Source of the DNA: Podarcis filfolensis
Taxonomy: Eukaryota
Assembly: GCA_964270895.1 (NCBI GenBank)
Contig: OZ185446.1
Strand: one strand, 5' to 3'
Length of the DNA: 64,000 nt
Numbering within the stretch: the stretch's first letter is position 1; each line of letters starts with the position of its first letter. A program made the position numbers and the translations under genes. Under the pieces are notes generated by a model. It was not told the origin of the DNA. It did no database searches and was given only the letters and a program-made list of their open reading frames with translations. Positions 60,501-64,000 of this stretch are shown one piece after another.

Positions 60501-63500
60501 TGTATTTGAAAGTACAAAAGTGGCCCTGACAAAGACACGTTTGCTTGCTGTTTCAGAAAGGTTTTATACTGGTGTTTTTATTTTCCATAGCGAACATTGT
60601 GATGATATATGGGATAATAAATGTGCGAATCAAACCAAGTGGCCTTTAATATATGCCGGGTGTCATTCAACAGAGTCAACCCCAGAGAAGACCCATTGAA
60701 ATCTATGTGTCAATTTAAATCAGTGGGTCTACTCTGAGAATGGGTTTGTCGGATACCACCCAGTGAGTTCAATTTTCAGCTGCGACCCCAATAATCCACA
60801 TAGTCAACATTATTCCAGCCCAGTCCTATTAACACGCTTACTCGGGAGTAAGGCCTGCTTAATTCCTCCAGACTTGCCTTGAGGAAACGAGTAGGATCGG
60901 GATACAAACCAATTTACGTGGGGTGCAAACGGCACAGGCGGACCACGGGCCCAGCCCCACCGCCTGGGACTGATTCTCCCTAGCCAGCTCAGGGGAGGCC
61001 AACTCAGGCCAAAGTTACCATCCGCAAATGGAGAGTGGAGCGAGCTGATGCAAATTCGCATCCGGTTTAAAGAGCTTCAAGGAGTCCGGGGAAAGAAGAG
61101 AGATATATAGGTATCCCCTTGCCATCCTGAACCCACTTCCCCGCGGAACTTGCAGCCAACTTGCGGCGGCGTGGAGAGCAAGGAGATCAGACTGTGCCGG
61201 GGCTTCCTAGGCTCGGAGATCTAACGGAGGCACTTTATGTAGATCACTCGGCGTGACTCTCCGTCTCCCCCTCCCCTTTATTAACTCTTGCTGCCATGGG
61301 CTTGCGCCATTTCGGAGTGCCTCCCTTAGCACACCGACCGACCTGTGTACCTGCTCACGTACCTACCTTCTTGGGGCCTGTAGCAAAGGAGAGAGACGCA
61401 GTTCTCCTTCGTTGCTCCGGACAGCACCCTCGAGCAACTCGGGCTAGGTGGCTCCCCCCTCCGGCTGCTTTCCTTGCTGGAGACGCTTGACTGCTGGGGG
61501 CAACATTTGGCAAAAGTCAGAGCTGCGCGCAAGCTCTCAGATAGCGCAAGCCAGCCGCCGCCCCATTCATCTTTCCCCACCGACCCCAATGGATGGCCCC
61601 CAACCCCCTCCCCACCTGCCGCAGGTGCGCGCATCTCCCCCGTCCTCCCTGAGCAGCGCCGTCATCCTCGCCCGGCTTCCTGGCTCCAAGTTCAATACTA
61701 TGGGTGACATTTTAATTTTCTCTCTCCTGCCAAGCCGGGGAGCTTTGCGCGTCGCGGGGACAAAGCTGGCCAGGGTCACGGCGCCGCGGCCTGCTCTGTC
61801 AGCCCGTTCCGAGGCCTCGGATTGACGGACGTCTTTATCTGACACCGCCCCCCCCCCAGCAGCTCCAGCTCCTCTCCCCGCCAGGCCCTACCTGAGGAGC
61901 CAGGCCGAGGATGACACGGGGGTCGATCGGACGAGCCCCGGATTTGGGGGCAGTTGGAGACGACGAGAGATGGATCAATTTTTCTCTATCTATGAACCCA
62001 CCAGTCCACATTCTCTCCTCTCCTGCAGACAGCTGGCTTCCTCATTTCCATCCCTCATTGGCCTTCACTGCCCTCCTGGGCCACAAATTTAGGCGCATTT
62101 CCTGACCACGTTGCCGCCTGCACTCGCGGATCTGGTTAGGTGGAGAAGGCTTAAGTGTGGGCGAGGCCACTCCGGGCCACAGGTGATCCCAGTCCAGTAT
62201 TTCAGAATGCCACGGCCCTCCCTCCCTCCAAGCATTTCCCCCTTCACTTCGAATTCCCCTCGCCAATTCTTCCCAACTTCTGCATAGTTCCAATAATTGA
62301 TTTTTTATTCAAGGCAGCCTGCAACTTTGTACCAACTTACCTGGGAGTAAGCACAATTGAACTCCCATAGAGTCCCATAGACTTGCTTCTGAGCATACAT
62401 ATTTTGATTTATCCCTCTGCTTTATTATCAGTGCGGCAGTGACACACAGAGGCACCCTAGATAGGTTTACTCGGAAGTAACCACCTTGCTCAGCAGCAGA
62501 CTTGATTTTGGAGGAAGAGGAGGGACTATCAGCCGATCATGGGGAAGGAATATGGTACAACATGCTGGGGGGCATGGGCATAGTCAAGGGGGGCCAGGGA
62601 GGGGCAGCTGCCCCAGTGTAAATCAATACAAAATACTTAATTAACTGAGGTTCTGCCCCCCAACATAAAGCCTGCCCCCCAACATGTTGTAGGGAGTATA
62701 GAAAATAATGCCCATTTCCTCCTATCGTTCCTGATCTAAGTAAACCGATTTCATTCCTCTGCTCGGCTGAATGAAGAATCTCTGGCTTTGTTTCAGACAA
62801 AAAATTAATCAGCTTTTATGCTTCCTTTTGCTGATTGGATTCACAAATACGAACGATATACATGTTAATAAAGCAGGAAACTTGAAAAAAATAACAATTG
62901 ACCCGATAGCTAGGGTGTGTCTTAGGAAATTTGGATAGTTAGGAACTTGGGAGTCTCCTATGGACTCCTAGGGAACGCCTAACCTAGAAACGCCTAACCT
63001 AAAAAGGGGGACTTAAAAGTGTTTGGCTTTCACTAGATTTGGTTCTTTATTTTGATTTTTCCTTCATTGTTTGTCTGCAAAGGAGTGGAACTTGGGAAAA
63101 TTATGATGCAAAGTATGCATCCGGACAGTTAATCGTCCCTTTAAACAGCTGGATTCAGCTTCAATCGGTTCATTGGAAATAAATCGGTTTCTTTGATCAC
63201 ATTTAACCGTGTTATGACAGGAGACGACAAAAAGAGGCTGGAGATGTACAACGTAGTCATTTGTGAGAAGATAAAATCTAAGACCTTCGCTTTGAGAAGG
63301 CACCGAGTGCCATCCTCTTGAATCCATTATTTTGTGAAGACGGTGAACCAAACCTTTTGCTTTCTGAACAGCACTGGAGAGGGAGAGAAAGAGAGAGATG
63401 AGGATAACGACCCGATACTTTCACTGAGCAAAATAAAATCGATGCCGCTCCTTGGGAAAGGGCCGCCATAAAGTTGGGGAACGTCTAGAAGCGAATGGGG

Positions 63501-63950
63501 GTCACCCGGTCCGAGCAGAGGCGCCGGGCCTTGAGCAGCAGGCGGGTTCTGTCGATACTACTGAACTGCGGCTGGGGTCGATACAGTAGGTTTGCCTTGG
63601 CAGGGCGAAGAACTTATCAATAGGGATTACGATCAAGTGTGTGGCGAGGTAATAAGGACGACTCTGTTGGAGCGCGGGCTATCAAACGGCAACCCTCACT
63701 CCAGCTCCCCCCCCCCCCCCCAGCGATGGGGTGTGCACATCCAGAGACCTATGAATATTGGATGTCTGCTACATTCAGCCCGGCTGCTCTTACTTTCGGG
63801 ACTCTTGTTGGGGCAGAATTTTTCATCAACCGGCTGATGACATTTCATTTCTTGCTGCCCCTTATGGGGAAGGGGGCGCGCGGAAACCCACACAATTCAG
63901 GGACCCAAGGGGCAAAGTTTGGATCCCGAAGTTGTTGTTTTTTTAAATTG
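57600..63950. other. Distal orphan CpG-island cluster
   Basis: Abrupt return of GC/CpG-rich sequence after ~30 kb of CpG-poor DNA. No recognisable protein in any frame. Confidence 0.7.
62573..62690. mobile_element. Partial MITE-like repeat
   Basis: CATGGGCATAGTCAAGGGGGGCCAGGGAGGGGCAGCTGCCCC resembles the terminus of a common squamate non-autonomous DNA element. Other end not found. Confidence 0.3.
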
Positions 63951-64000
63951 CCCATATTTATATTTATTTTTAAAAGAACTGGTTCCACCAAATACTCTGC

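Overview
Vertebrate genomic DNA, squamate and most likely a lacertid-type lizard, judging from two Sauria SINEs with (ACCTTT)-type tails and squamate-type MITEs. The only supportable protein-coding gene is engrailed homeobox 2 (EN2) on the minus strand: exon 1 CDS 11479-10882, a 2738-bp GT-AG intron, and exon 2 CDS 8143-7827, giving 304 aa with EH1-EH5 motifs. It has a presumptive ~2.1-kb 3' UTR and a motif-rich promoter. The rest is non-coding regulatory landscape in three parts: a CpG-retaining, TE-poor domain around and upstream of EN2 (~1-26.5 kb); a CpG-depleted, TE-rich spacer (~27-57.5 kb); and a second, gene-less CpG-island cluster (~57.6-64 kb). The spacer holds a 5'-retaining CR1 LINE with two nested MITEs, a Sauria SINE with a nested Tc2-type MITE, L1/L2/CR1 3' fragments and hAT MITEs. 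The best leads are non-coding: splice-signal chains suggesting unannotated plus-strand lncRNAs from the EN2 promoter and from the orphan CpG cluster, two candidate EN2 start sites differing in uORFs, a G-quadruplex directly after the stop codon, homopolymer tracts in EN2, and a TCF/LEF cluster. No new protein-coding system is supportable. All regulatory and conservation claims come from motif reading and were not checked by alignment.
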